Assembly (NCBI GenBank): GCA_016748015.1
Contig: JAAOMT010000577.1
Span: 186,001-250,000 of the forward strand
Source of the DNA: Geosiphon pyriformis uo1
Lineage: Eukaryota > Fungi > Glomeromycota
DNA: 64,000 nt
Direction: 5' to 3'
Shown: one piece after another, positions 52,951 through 64,000 of the stretch
How the letters are laid out: each line of letters starts with the position of its first letter
Position numbering within the stretch: position 1 is the first letter of the stretch
Notes under the pieces: generated by a model
What the model saw: the letters and a program-made list of their open reading frames with translations, nothing else
The model's database searches: none
Told to the model about the DNA's origin: nothing
Translations under genes and position numbers: made by a program

Positions 52951-54999
52951 TCATAGAATGAATGTTTTTGTAACAGTTTCGGTCGAAATTTTTTGCCGAC
53001 TTTCGAATGACACTATTGGACTATTTGAATATTCTGGTGTAGGCGATGTAAGTATATGGGCGGGAGCTAAAGGCACGAGTCCCGATAAATCACCAAATTT
53101 TTTATCTGAATCTGTTAGGTTGATAGTTTCACGTGACATTATTCGACTATCAATGCTCATATCTGAGATTTGTGAATTATCTCCAAACATTGATAATTTT
53201 GATGCCGGCAATTGAATAGGACTGATCCGACCGATTGATGTGATGCTTGGTCTTGGATATACGTTTGTGACGCAGGCTGAAGTTTGATTTGGTGATTGCA
53301 CTGAAGAAGAAAATTGGGATTTTATGAAAGTGGATTGACGAAGAAAATGAACAGGTTCCTTGTCGCTATAGGATTGAAATAAATTAGATTTAGAAACCTA
53401 TTGTCAAATAATGAAATATAAAATATAATCATGCATACTTGAGCTCCTTTGCCAAAATTGTGATTATAAAGACATTTACGACAGGCACTTTTTTAAAAGA
53501 AAAAATTCAATGAGATTAATTTTTTAAATTTCCAAAGTAAGCCTTATTTAACGCATACCAATCAAAACCCAAAACGCTGCCAATGTACGAGAAATGAACG
53601 GTGATTTTTTTAAAATGCCCTCGCGGAACAGCGCAAAAAGCAATGAAGTTATGGCAAAGAATAAAAGGGTGATGAGTAGAAGATATAAAACACGTCGTAG
53701 CTAAAATGAAAATTATTTAAAAAGATTTGAGAATTGAGAAATTCAACATTAATCTTGAATAAATTGATAGATAAAAATACAAACTTTTCTCAATCCATGC
53801 TCTAACCGATTTACTTTGAGTGGAGTGGCCCGACCACCTTCTTTAGTATCCTATATTAATCAAGAGTTAAATAAATTTAAATTTTTCGATTTCCTCTAAA
53901 AAATTCCCAATATGAATTACAAAAATTTATCAAAACTACCTTGATATGCTTGTCTAATATATCGGTTAATCGCTTGCCAAAATACAATAAACCACAAATA
54001 AGGAACCAACAGAAAAAGCTCCATGCAAAATAATGAACTTTAATAAGTAGTTTTGACAAGTCCTTTTTGCCTTGATCAAGGAAGAAACCGCTGAGGATCG
54101 CAAAAGTATTCAAGAAAACGATAGGTCCGAGGAGGACAAAGAACCCGAAAGCATCGACCATCGCTGGACGAGGTACCCAGATGCCTTTAGATTGACCGTT
54201 TGGTGTTCGGGTATATGAATTAATTCGTCTTGGGATGGCATGAGATTTTGGAATGGTGTAAATCAAGCCAATAAGGTAGATTGCGATCCCAGCCAAAGCA
54301 ATTGTGAATGTTATGTCGTGAAAGACTAATTAAATATAATGATCAATTTAGTGGCCGGGAAGGTTGGAAAAAAATTAAAATGAGATTGAATTTACATTCT
54401 TTCCAGGAATTTTGGTCAAGGTAATTACTAAGCAAGCAGACCGAGTAAAGCAAACGTCCTAAAATCGTCCAATAATATTGATCAATTAATCGTATTCTTT
54501 GATTAAGAATTTCAAAATTTTGCTACTTTCTTGTTCAGCTTACCAGCAACATGAAATAAATTTAGCAACAAGAAACCTTCCAATGGTCTTGGTTTCAATA
54601 TCCCCATCTCTTTTAAAGGGTCACTTGAAATGAGCCTTTGACCTCTTACAGTTGTTCTCCATATTAATAGGCCCGTAAGCATTAGGAAAACAATGAAACA
54701 TGCCACTACATTAATGAGATAAAGATCCCGTAGAAAAACTTTTTCAGAAGGACAACCTTTAATAAAGAAAGTTTTTATTATTTAAAAGGGTAAATACAAG
54801 ATCAATAGCAAAGAAAATTTATGCACACTGTATTAAGTCTAAACCCTAAAATAGTTCTGGATCCCTTTTACAGCTCGTGAAAAAGCCGCTTACCTTCTAA
54901 TTGTACTCGCCAGTCGCATACACAAGATTGAGATCCGGGTAAATCACCTGCACCACATAAAACCTCGACATTTGTGAGATTGGTACTGGAACCACTCAT
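52951..54999 (-). CDS. Seven-transmembrane GPCR-like protein of unknown function, multi-exon
   Basis: ATG 54999 'MSGSSTNLTNVEVLCGAGDLPGSQSCVCDWRVQLE|GCP..'; seven hydrophobic segments across spliced exons; Ser/Thr/Pro-rich C-terminal tail (ORF 52951-53301); GT-AG introns. Confidence 0.8.
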
Positions 55000-57900
55000 C
55001 TCGTCTCGTTTGTAAGTAATAATGTTAAGTGAATGCGTATTTGTTTTTTGATGATCGCTGACAGTGATTGAAGATTATGATGTTGTTAAAGGTGTCAAAG
55101 TTGAAAGAAAGTTAAGTGCTATCTTGAGCTTTTTTCCGAGTCTTGCGAAAGAAATTTCAATCAAGTAGGTAAAGTTGGATAGCCCAATGCACGTGAAAGA
55201 GGATTTGATGTTAACAAAATGACAATAGGAAAGGCGAAGAAGAGAATTTTAAAGGAAGTTATTTGATCCGCGAAATGAATTTTGGCGGATTGTTCATAAT
55301 TTAGTTTTTCAAAATGAGAGATATTGGGACCTTTTATCCATTGAAAAATATTTAAGAACAAAAAATATTCATAATGCCGATGATTTTTAGCTTAAAAATT
55401 TTCTGGGTTGTGTTTCAAATAATAACCAATATCAGTCTACAAAAAGTGGCATTGCAATGAGCGAGCGAATCATTGGTTGATTGAAGGTTTGAACATCTGC
55501 ATCTATAAATGCACGCCTTTAACTTCATGTAGAGTAACAACTCCCTTTGCATGTTAATTCTTTCCCTACGATCATTGATCTTCCATTGTTTCTTTTTGTT
55601 TGTTTGCATGATAGTCTGTTTGTTTGCAAATTTAACCTGGTTTTAAATTTGATTTAATCTTTTACATTTTTGGCAAATTTTTGAATGCTCTTTCGTTATC
55701 GCAGATTTTATGTTAGAACCCCTTTTTATGTCGGATTTTGTAAAAGAAACCTTTAATCCTGTGTCAATTATAATATTTTTTAAAGGTTTAAAAGTTTAAA
55801 TTGAATCATTTATTTTCCATTTTAACTTATTATTAGGTAACCAATTTTCAAAAAAAAAATAATAATAATAATAATTCCCGGGTTGGTAAATAACTAAAAG
55901 ATTTTCTATTGATTCACTTAATAGGAAAATGGTTTCAAAAATTTTTTTAAATCTATTCAAATAACGAATCTTTTTAAGAAATTATGTCAGCACATTATTC
56001 AGGAGATCATTATCATTTATTCCACATTTTAATTTCTGTCGTTCTTTATTTATCTTATAGACATTATTCTAAACTCGTTTGACATGCAAGAAAGATTTTA
56101 CAATTGACTTTTTTCCTGTCACACGTGGCGAATTTATCTCAAAATGATTTTTTTTAATTTTTGCTCATTGATACTGGTATTATCGATGAATTGAACAAAA
56201 TTTTAAGATTCAGTTAAAAGAGATATTCTACTTTTTATATTAGTTTGTCAATTTGATCAATCAAAATTTTGATTAGTATATTTTTCTTATATAAAAACTT
56301 CAATCAGGAAATGGAACAGGAACTTTGAGTAAAGGTTTTTTAAAAGTTTTATTTGTTATGTAACCATTATTCCAAAAAAAATAAAAAAACAATTTTTTTT
56401 GGCATGTGCTACATCTTGCATATCCTAATAATCCCGAAGATTTGTTATTTTTTGGTAAGCAGCTGTGGTGATGGTATACTTGAATTGGTAATTTTTCAAA
56501 CTCCACTCAAAAAAATGAGTTATGCAACATGAGATGATAAGATGAGATCAGTGATACAATGGAGTTTCCGAAACCTGGAATATTTGCTTGTGTTGTCACC
56601 ATTGATGCTATTTTAGGCATTCAACAGAGGAGGTTTGTTGGACAAATCTAACTTTTTTTAGGTTAAAATATGGAAAAAAAGCTCCCTACAATGCAGCAAG
56701 GTGACGTATTTCTGTGGTTAAAGGTGAATAAAAATACGTGCATACCCAAGTAGAAATGAACGAAAATTTTTGCCTTTTTAAAACTCAACTTTAGGATAGC
56801 GAATAGGAGAGTGAAAGCCATGAATGTTATCCTTTGAAGACATTATTGGTCACTTATGAGTGATCATCTCATTTTCATACAAGGCAAAAATCTATGCTTT
56901 ACTAAAAGCCAACTTCAAAAATTGAAATGCATGCCTTTATTATTCCTCTGCTAATTGGTGAAAAATTTCTAAATGAACAATTTCAGGTCTTAATTAAAAG
57001 TTATTTTGCTCGCATGGAATACAATCATACAAAATCAATTTGAAAATCTTTCATATTTTTTTTACAGTATAAATTAAAGAGGAAATTTAAAATTTTTTCA
57101 TAACCTAAAAATAATAGAATATTACTTTCTCAGAATTTAAGTTTTAAGGTTTTTCGGTAATCCATAAACTTAAAAATAAAAAATAAACTTTGATGGTTTT
57201 GAGATGCTTTGTTTATAAAAATTACAAAAAAAAATTAATTAATGTTATGATAGTTTTATATTGAAACTTAAAAAATATAAATGACGCTAAATAAAATTTT
57301 AAAATATGTGATACAATGATACAATGATACAATATATACAATACAAAATATTCATAAATTATAATAACTTTATTTAACATCTATTTATATATTTATTATA
57401 ACAAAATCGTTAAAGATTAAAAAACTAAATTGTATATAAAGATTTTAAATTAATAATAATTATAAATGATAAAAAAGCTAACTTTAAAATACTTGTATTT
57501 AATAAATTTTTAAAAACTTAATTTTTTTCTTAAATGTTAAGTTTAATAAATTTTATTTTTTTCATTTATATGGTTAAAACATTATTATTATTATTATTAT
57601 AGATTTTTTAAATTTTTTTAAATCGGAATTTTTTTTTAGATTTTTATTAATAATATGAAATATATTTTAAATTTTTATTAATATTAAATATAAACTAAAT
57701 AATAATAAATAGAAATAATTAAAATCTATTGGTTTAAAACACTAAAGTTTTATTAATTATTTATAAAATTTAAACAATTTTTTTTTAATCATTATTTTCA
57801 AAATTTTTATATTTTATAATAATTAATTTGTTGTTTTTGAATTTTTATTTTGTTGTTTATTAATTAATTAACTTTATTGGTAAGATTTAATAATGTTATA

Positions 57901-58699
57901 AACAATGTTATCTTCTAAAATTAAAATATTAAAATATTCTTAATTAAAAAACTTTTAAATAAATATACTCCATTATTAATTGAATTAAATTATTATAAAT
58001 TTCAAAAATAAAATTTTTTATTTTTTATTTAATGTTTTTATTAAATGTGTTTTAACTACTATTTATATATAGAAATATTTTATGTAGTTTTTGTATGGGA
58101 TTAGCAGCCAAAATTATAAAAATTAGCAAAAACCAGATATAATTCTACCAAAAAATTAAAAACTAAACTAAATACTTTTAATATTATGAGTATTAATTTT
58201 TCAAACTTAATTAATTAGTAGTTAATTAACTTTAAAATTATTAATTAGTTATATAATAACAAATTTTGTTAATTAGAATTTTGGTTAAAATATATTTGTT
58301 TTGATGAATTGTGTATTTATTTTAAATATTAAAACTTCTAAATTATTTAATATTTTAACAAACTATAAAGTATTTAAATAAACTTTTCAATATTATTTAG
58401 TTTAGAATATTATATAAATTAATTATAATATTAAATTATATTTGTAAATTATATAAATTAAATTGCAAATAAAATAAAAATTAAATAATTTATGTTAATC
58501 AATAATAAAATTAAATTTTAACTAATAATAAAATTTTATTGTATATATATTTACATAATAATAAATAAATAAATAAATTTTTATGCAAAGTTTTATTATA
58601 TAAATTTGCAATTTTGTTATTTTTTTGCTTATAATTTTAATTATTAAATAATTATTTAAATAATTATTTAAATACCAAATTATAATAATATATATTTTA

Positions 58700-60400
58700 C
58701 TTTTTTTATTGCTTAATAAGTATAATTCAATTATTATTTAATATAATACAGCATTAAAATATTCTAATATAATTTATGTTTTTTTTATATTTAAACAATT
58801 ATTTAAACTGATTAAAATATTTTTATTTAAACCAAAATATATATTATAATTTTCTATAATATTAAGTATTTTTATTATATTTATAAATAATACAACAGAA
58901 AAACTATTAACAAATTTTATTATAAATTATTTACATACAAAATATTATAATTTTTTATTATAATTTTAAATAAAAATTTGAGCAATTAAATATACGTTTT
59001 ATAACCAATTACTATTTTATAAACAAAATTAATTAATTTTATTATTATAATCTTTATTAAAAATTAACTAAGCATAAAACTTTTACTTATTATTATATAC
59101 ATATTATTATTGTTGGCTTTTAAAAAAAACATAAATTAATTATAACTATATTGGTAAATTCAAAAAACATAAGAAAATTAAAATATTAAACCAATATAAT
59201 ATAATACCAATTAATATTACAATTAAAAACAAATTAATAATCTTAATATTAAGCTTAATTTTTCAATAAATTTTTTTTAATTATGTTAAAAAAATATTAA
59301 ACATTAATAAAAATAATTTTATTATTAAATCTTTAAAAACATAATTTTTTCTGTTAAAATATTAGTTATTTTATTCTTTATATTAAAATATTTTTTAATT
59401 TTATATTATTTTATAGAAATTATTTTAATAAAAATAATATTAATTAATATCTTTCTATTTAGCAATAGTTGTAAAAATTAAATACTACCAAAAATAGTTT
59501 TATAAATATTTAACAATAATTAATTATTTAAATAAATAATAATCTTACTTAAAACTAATAAACATATAAAAACCAAAATTATAATTTACAATTTAACTAA
59601 TATAAATAATAACAAATCATTTATTTCTAAATTCAAGTTAACAAAATAAACTGTAATACTAATTATTATATCAAATTATTAGTAAATACTAAAACTTTAT
59701 TTAAATAAACTTTATTTAAATTAAATTAAATAATTATAAAACTTTAATATTAAATATATTTTTTCTATATAAAATGCTAAATATAAACAACTTTTATTTA
59801 ACAAGATTATCTTTTAAAATAAAATCAAATTATGTATAAACCAATTAAAAATTGGGTTTTTAAGATTTAAATACTTTAAATATTAAAATTTTTTTTAAGT
59901 AAAACACAAGTTATAATTGTTTAAAAACTGATTAAAAAAAACAATTTTATATCTTTTAAGAGATTATATAATACTAAAATATTTAGTTTGTTTTAAAACA
60001 AAATATTATTACAAAAACAAAAAAATTGAATATACTATTTATTAAAATTAACTTATAATTTATAAAAACTTTTATTATTTTTGCCAAAAAGTTATTAAAC
60101 AAACAAATTTTTAATCTTATAAAAAACTGTAATAAATTCTAAAACACTTTACTTAAACTCTGTAAATTTATTAACTCATGCTTAAAAAATTATTTAAAAA
60201 ACTCAATACAAAAAATACTATTTTCTTAGTTTAAATCTGCTTAAAAATTCTCAATTTATACAAAGAAAAATAATATAATACTTTTTAGCATAAAACTAAA
60301 TTATAACTTATAAATTAACAATAAATTACAAAACAATTAAGACTAAGTAAAAAAAACTGCTTATTTATGTTAGTTTTTTTCAAATTAAGCTTAAATAGTC
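58700..60400 (-). mobile_element. Second, deleted and more heavily mutated LINE ORF2 relic of the same family as 670-7380
   Basis: Minus strand ~60290-60385 reads (with frameshifts) 'LKKTNINKQFF.YLVLIVL*FIVN.YKL*FSF', homologous to ORF 2762-2965 'LKKIILNKQFFYLVLVVLYLIISYKIQFSF'; ~59110-59220 resembles the 1430-1500 C-terminal region. Confidence 0.65.
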
Positions 60401-60639
60401 TTTTAATTACAATTTTAGTAAGTATTTTTCTGTTACTGTTATTGAATAAAAGTACAAAATTGTTTTTATAAAAAAGCAGATTGGTATTTTTAGAAAAGTT
60501 GTGAATAACTTAAATGAAAAAATAATTAAATTTAAAGTTAAATATAATATAAATAGATTATTTAATAATAAAATAAATAATAATAATAAAATATTTTTTA
60601 TTAATGAAAAAAATTTTGCTAAAATAATAATTTTATGGA

Positions 60640-60842
60640 AGTTTTAAGTCTCAAACATTAAGTTTAATGCTAATATAATTACTAAATAGTTAAGAGTTTG
60701 GTTTAAAATAACAATAGTTTGGTATATATTATGTATAAAATAAGTATTATCTTTTTTAGAATCAGCTTAATGTTGTCTTAACATAAGTTTAAGTGGCTGA
60801 TTACGTGTTAAAATTGTATAATCCATATTTATAATTATAATA
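60640..60842. repeat. LTR fragment related to 31472-31679
   Basis: 'taagtggctgattacgtgttaaaattgtataatccatatttataattataata' vs 'taagtggctggtcatgtgtagaaatatgtataatctacatttatagttgtaaca'. Left boundary uncertain. Confidence 0.6.
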
Positions 60843-61131
60843 TCTTTGTAAATTGTATAGACAGTAAAAAAATCATATTTTATTAAAGCATATAAAAAAT
60901 ATCAATTGCAATTAAAAATATTATTTTTTGTCAAATTGATTTAAAAAACTATTAAGATTAATATTTCTTCAAATTATTATTATTTAGAATAAATAAATAT
61001 ACTGAAAAATTTTCAGAAAGTTAAGATAATTCAAATAGAATTATTATTATTATTTTCATTTAACAATTAAAACATTATACAATATATAAAAATAAGGTTT
61101 AATACTTGTACTTGACTTATTTTAAATAATA

Positions 61132-61287
61132 TAAATTAATGTTAGCTTAATAAATTAACAATATTACATGTAAATTAATGTTAGCTTAATAAATTAACAA
61201 TATTACATGTAAATTAATGTTAGCTTAATAAATTAACAATATTACATGTAAAGTAATGTTAGCTTAATAAATTAGCAATATTAAATA
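61132..61287 (+). repeat. 39-bp minisatellite x4
   Basis: Unit TAAATTAATGTTAGCTTAATAAATTAACAATATTACATG at 61132, 61171 and 61210 (identical) and 61249 (diverged). Confidence 0.95.
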
Positions 61288-61913
61288 TAAAAAATCATAT
61301 TTTTCCATATTAATATTTTCCAATACCTTAACAATACAAACATAAAACAATATTAAACAAACCACAATAGGATCTAATAAACACCATAGTTATGTGAACA
61401 TTATCATTTCTCACCCACCTTCACATAAGAGAGACCATACAATACAGCTAAACTTGTAGACCATAACGGGATCTAATGAACATCATAAAATGAGCAGGAC
61501 GCATGCACTCACCATAATTGTGAAAGTAGATTTTTCCTTCTTGGGACTTAATAAAGCTCTTTATACTGCCTGTCAGAAATGAAAATAAAAAGATACTTGT
61601 CATAAAAACATTGAGTAAATGTTTGTGCCTCCAGACAAAAATTTCTTGTAAAATCATCTGGGCCTTTTACAATATTTGGTTGTAATCAAGAAACCAGTAC
61701 TTTTCTACCACAATTTTCTTAAAATATTGTCTCAAAAAGACGTTTTTCTTCACGTTTTCTGAATTTATATGTTTTTAAACGGGTTAACGTCAGACAACAA
61801 AGTATTAAAATTTCCAATATGATACACATGACTTGAATTTGTATAAAAATGTATGCTAACAAAAATATTTTGTATTTTAATTATGTTGAAAATTATTTAA
61901 AATGAGATTAAGG

Positions 61914-62062
61914 GGCGAATTACGGTATTGTAGCGAATGGAGTATTATGGCAAATAAATTCGGGTACGAGAATAAGACGCGTGAAAGTATGAAATTTTTT
62001 TACTTGAACAAATGGCATTTTTATCACAAATTATTAACTTCACCACAATACCATAATTCGCC
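61914..62062. mobile_element. Putative MITE (149 bp, 24-bp terminal inverted repeats)
   Basis: GGCGAATTACGGTATTGTAGCGAA ... TTCACCACAATACCATAATTCGCC: 21/24 match, and the 3 mismatches are transitions; no TSD recognised. Confidence 0.65.
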
Positions 62063-62497
62063 AAAATAACACATTAAATTATAATATGTGATATATTTTG
62101 TATTTATAATTAGATGAAAATTATATGAACAGACAAAGAATAAATTCAGAGTAAAATAATATATTGCAAAGTAAAATGTATTGAACATAATCATTTTTTA
62201 AAAGTTGTGTTTTATGTTTTTGTTATTCATGATTATATAGCTGAAAATTTTCAGGCTACTTATTTTGGAATTATTTTTAATTAAATCTTGAATTAAAAAT
62301 TTTTTTTGATTAATAACAAATAAGTCATCGATTTTAACAAGAATTGAAAGCACAAGGAATCGGACTTTTTTATATTTTTATATTAATGAATGCTTTTTAG
62401 TAGTGTAGTTTAATACGACAAAGAACCAAAAAACCAATTTAAAGAAGCTTTTAATCCTGATTTCCGATGGAAGAACTAGATGGTTCTAATTTAGCGG

Positions 62498-62927
62498 TGA
62501 TGATGATAATGATGATAATGATAATGATGATAATGATAATGATGATAATGATAATGATGATGATGATAATGATGATGATGATTTAATCAACACTTCGCTC
62601 CCACGATTACCAGGAACGGACCAATTACGACAAAAAGACCCAAAGTTATCATCAAAAACTGTTGTTTATGTAAATATTTTGATATAAAGAACATATGGAA
62701 ATTCAACTTCGACGATCCTCGATTACTTATCAAAAATTTTGAATAAAGAAAGAGGTAAAATCTTCAACTTATAAGATGAAAAAGTTGTAGTGGAAACTAT
62801 TAAAATATTGTGTCGAAAGTGGTACTTGAACGTTTTATTAAAAAGTTGTTGTAGAAATTCAAATCATTCAATTATATCAGTTTATATGGATTGTGAAAAG
62901 ATGGTCTTTTTAGATACTTTGAGATGA
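62498..62927 (+). pseudogene. Possible gene remnant with Asp/Asn-coding microsatellite
   Basis: Frame (D/N)n-LINTSLPRLPGTDQLRQKDPK... runs ~140 codons interrupted by two TAA stops; no family recognised. Confidence 0.3.
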
Positions 62928-64000
62928 TAAAAATCATATTTATCTAGAATAATTTATATCTCAAAAAGTCCTAATTCAAATTTAAATGTTTTATTTTTTC
63001 TCTTTAAAAAATTTATTATAGCCTAATGTGAATTCATTTAGATATTCATCACATATATTATTTAATTTAAATCAATTATTTTGAAAAAAGAAAAAAAAAC
63101 CGATCGATATCACTGTGCGATCATAGTAATTATTTAAATTGCTTCCCATATATAAACTTCTTTTAGAATGTTGAATGAACCGAATAAGTAATTTATTTTT
63201 GATATTGAGTCAATTGGTTTTTATTAATCTTTGAATAGACTAGTTTAATTTTTGATTGTTTACATAATTAACGCTGTAATCATAAAATTTAGCTCTTATT
63301 GGATTGGGGTTCCTTACTTAATCATTATAGAGGGAATAATGATTTAAATTTATCGCATTAATACCGTTTTAGGGAAAAAAAGAAAGAAGAATATTTTTTA
63401 AAAAATTCTAAAAATTAAAATCTTAAAATAAGCAGTGAAAAAATCTAAAATCGATTGGACACAAAGACAAAAAAGTTTCTCATTATATGTACATGCATAA
63501 TCTTTTTTCGGGAGCTGATTGGCCGTCATAATTTCTCGTTAGAATTCTCGAGTTTCAAGTTATTCGTCTCAGAATATTCTTATAACGCACTTTCTATTCA
63601 ATTGTTATAAGTCATTTTTCGAAATTAAATTTAGTTTAGTTTTATATAAGGTTTAAAATTTTTTAAAGTTTACCAAAAATGAAACTAAACACAGATTCAT
63701 GTTGGAAAAATTGGAAAATTGTTCGAGCTACCTACAAAATATTAATAGCTTTCAAATTCTGACAGCCTTGATACTCTGTTATAACGAAACAATATTTTAA
63801 AAAATTTAAAATTTCCTCACTTTATAGAAAAAAAAGTAGTACAAAAGAAGGATATTTGGTTTTAATAATTATTTATTTGAATATAAAAAAATAACCTTTT
63901 AATGTAATTTTTAAAATGATAAATAAATGGCCTTCCTAGTAATATTGCGTTTAATTTTTTTAAAAACAATTTTCTTGAATTCAAAATCATGACCAATTTT

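Noticed and set aside
56500-56900. Possible exon remnants or a small TIR element (ATGAGATGAT.. / ..ATCATCTCAT)
   Set aside because: Inverted match of only ~11 bp, no TSD, no recognisable protein motif.
61132-61287. CRISPR-like array
   Set aside because: Head-to-tail repeats with no unique spacers, eukaryotic context, no cas genes.
61448-61657. 69-aa minus-strand ORF in a GC-richer patch
   Set aside because: No recognisable domain or gene structure.

Overview
AT-rich, intron-containing fungal genomic DNA with a Glomeromycotina-type gene set: HSPA12-like Hsp70, Sel1-repeat, kelch and HMG-box genes plus tandem class-3 lipase-like genes. The transposon relics resemble families I recall from Geosiphon pyriformis; this is memory, not a database result. 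The window alternates between two kinds of DNA. Gene islands have normal CpG content: HSPA12-like (+), hexokinase (-), a kelch pseudogene (+), Sel1-repeat (-), HMG-box (-), two lipase-3-like genes (+) and a 7-transmembrane GPCR-like gene (-). Between them are extremely AT-rich blocks. By hand translation these are dead transposons: a near full-length LINE (ORF1 + APE-RT-RNaseH), a Ty3/Gypsy element with both LTRs, an IS630/Tc1-like DDE transposase, a second LINE relic and LTR fragments. Main observations: (1) The transposons are saturated with C>T/G>A transitions on both strands. An internal control shows this directly: a 106-bp LINE 3'-end copy with a target-site duplication aligns without gaps to the long copy, and 30 of 39 differences are GC>AT transitions, mostly outside CpG. 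This suggests a RIP-like repeat hypermutation system in a lineage where RIP is not established. (2) Both lipase paralogs replace the catalytic Ser with Gly (GHG) while keeping the Asp and His motifs, so they look like a conserved pseudo-enzyme family. (3) A ~50-bp motif is shared between the LINE 3' end and LTR termini. (4) An orphan 7TM receptor candidate. Coordinates of degenerate elements are approximate.
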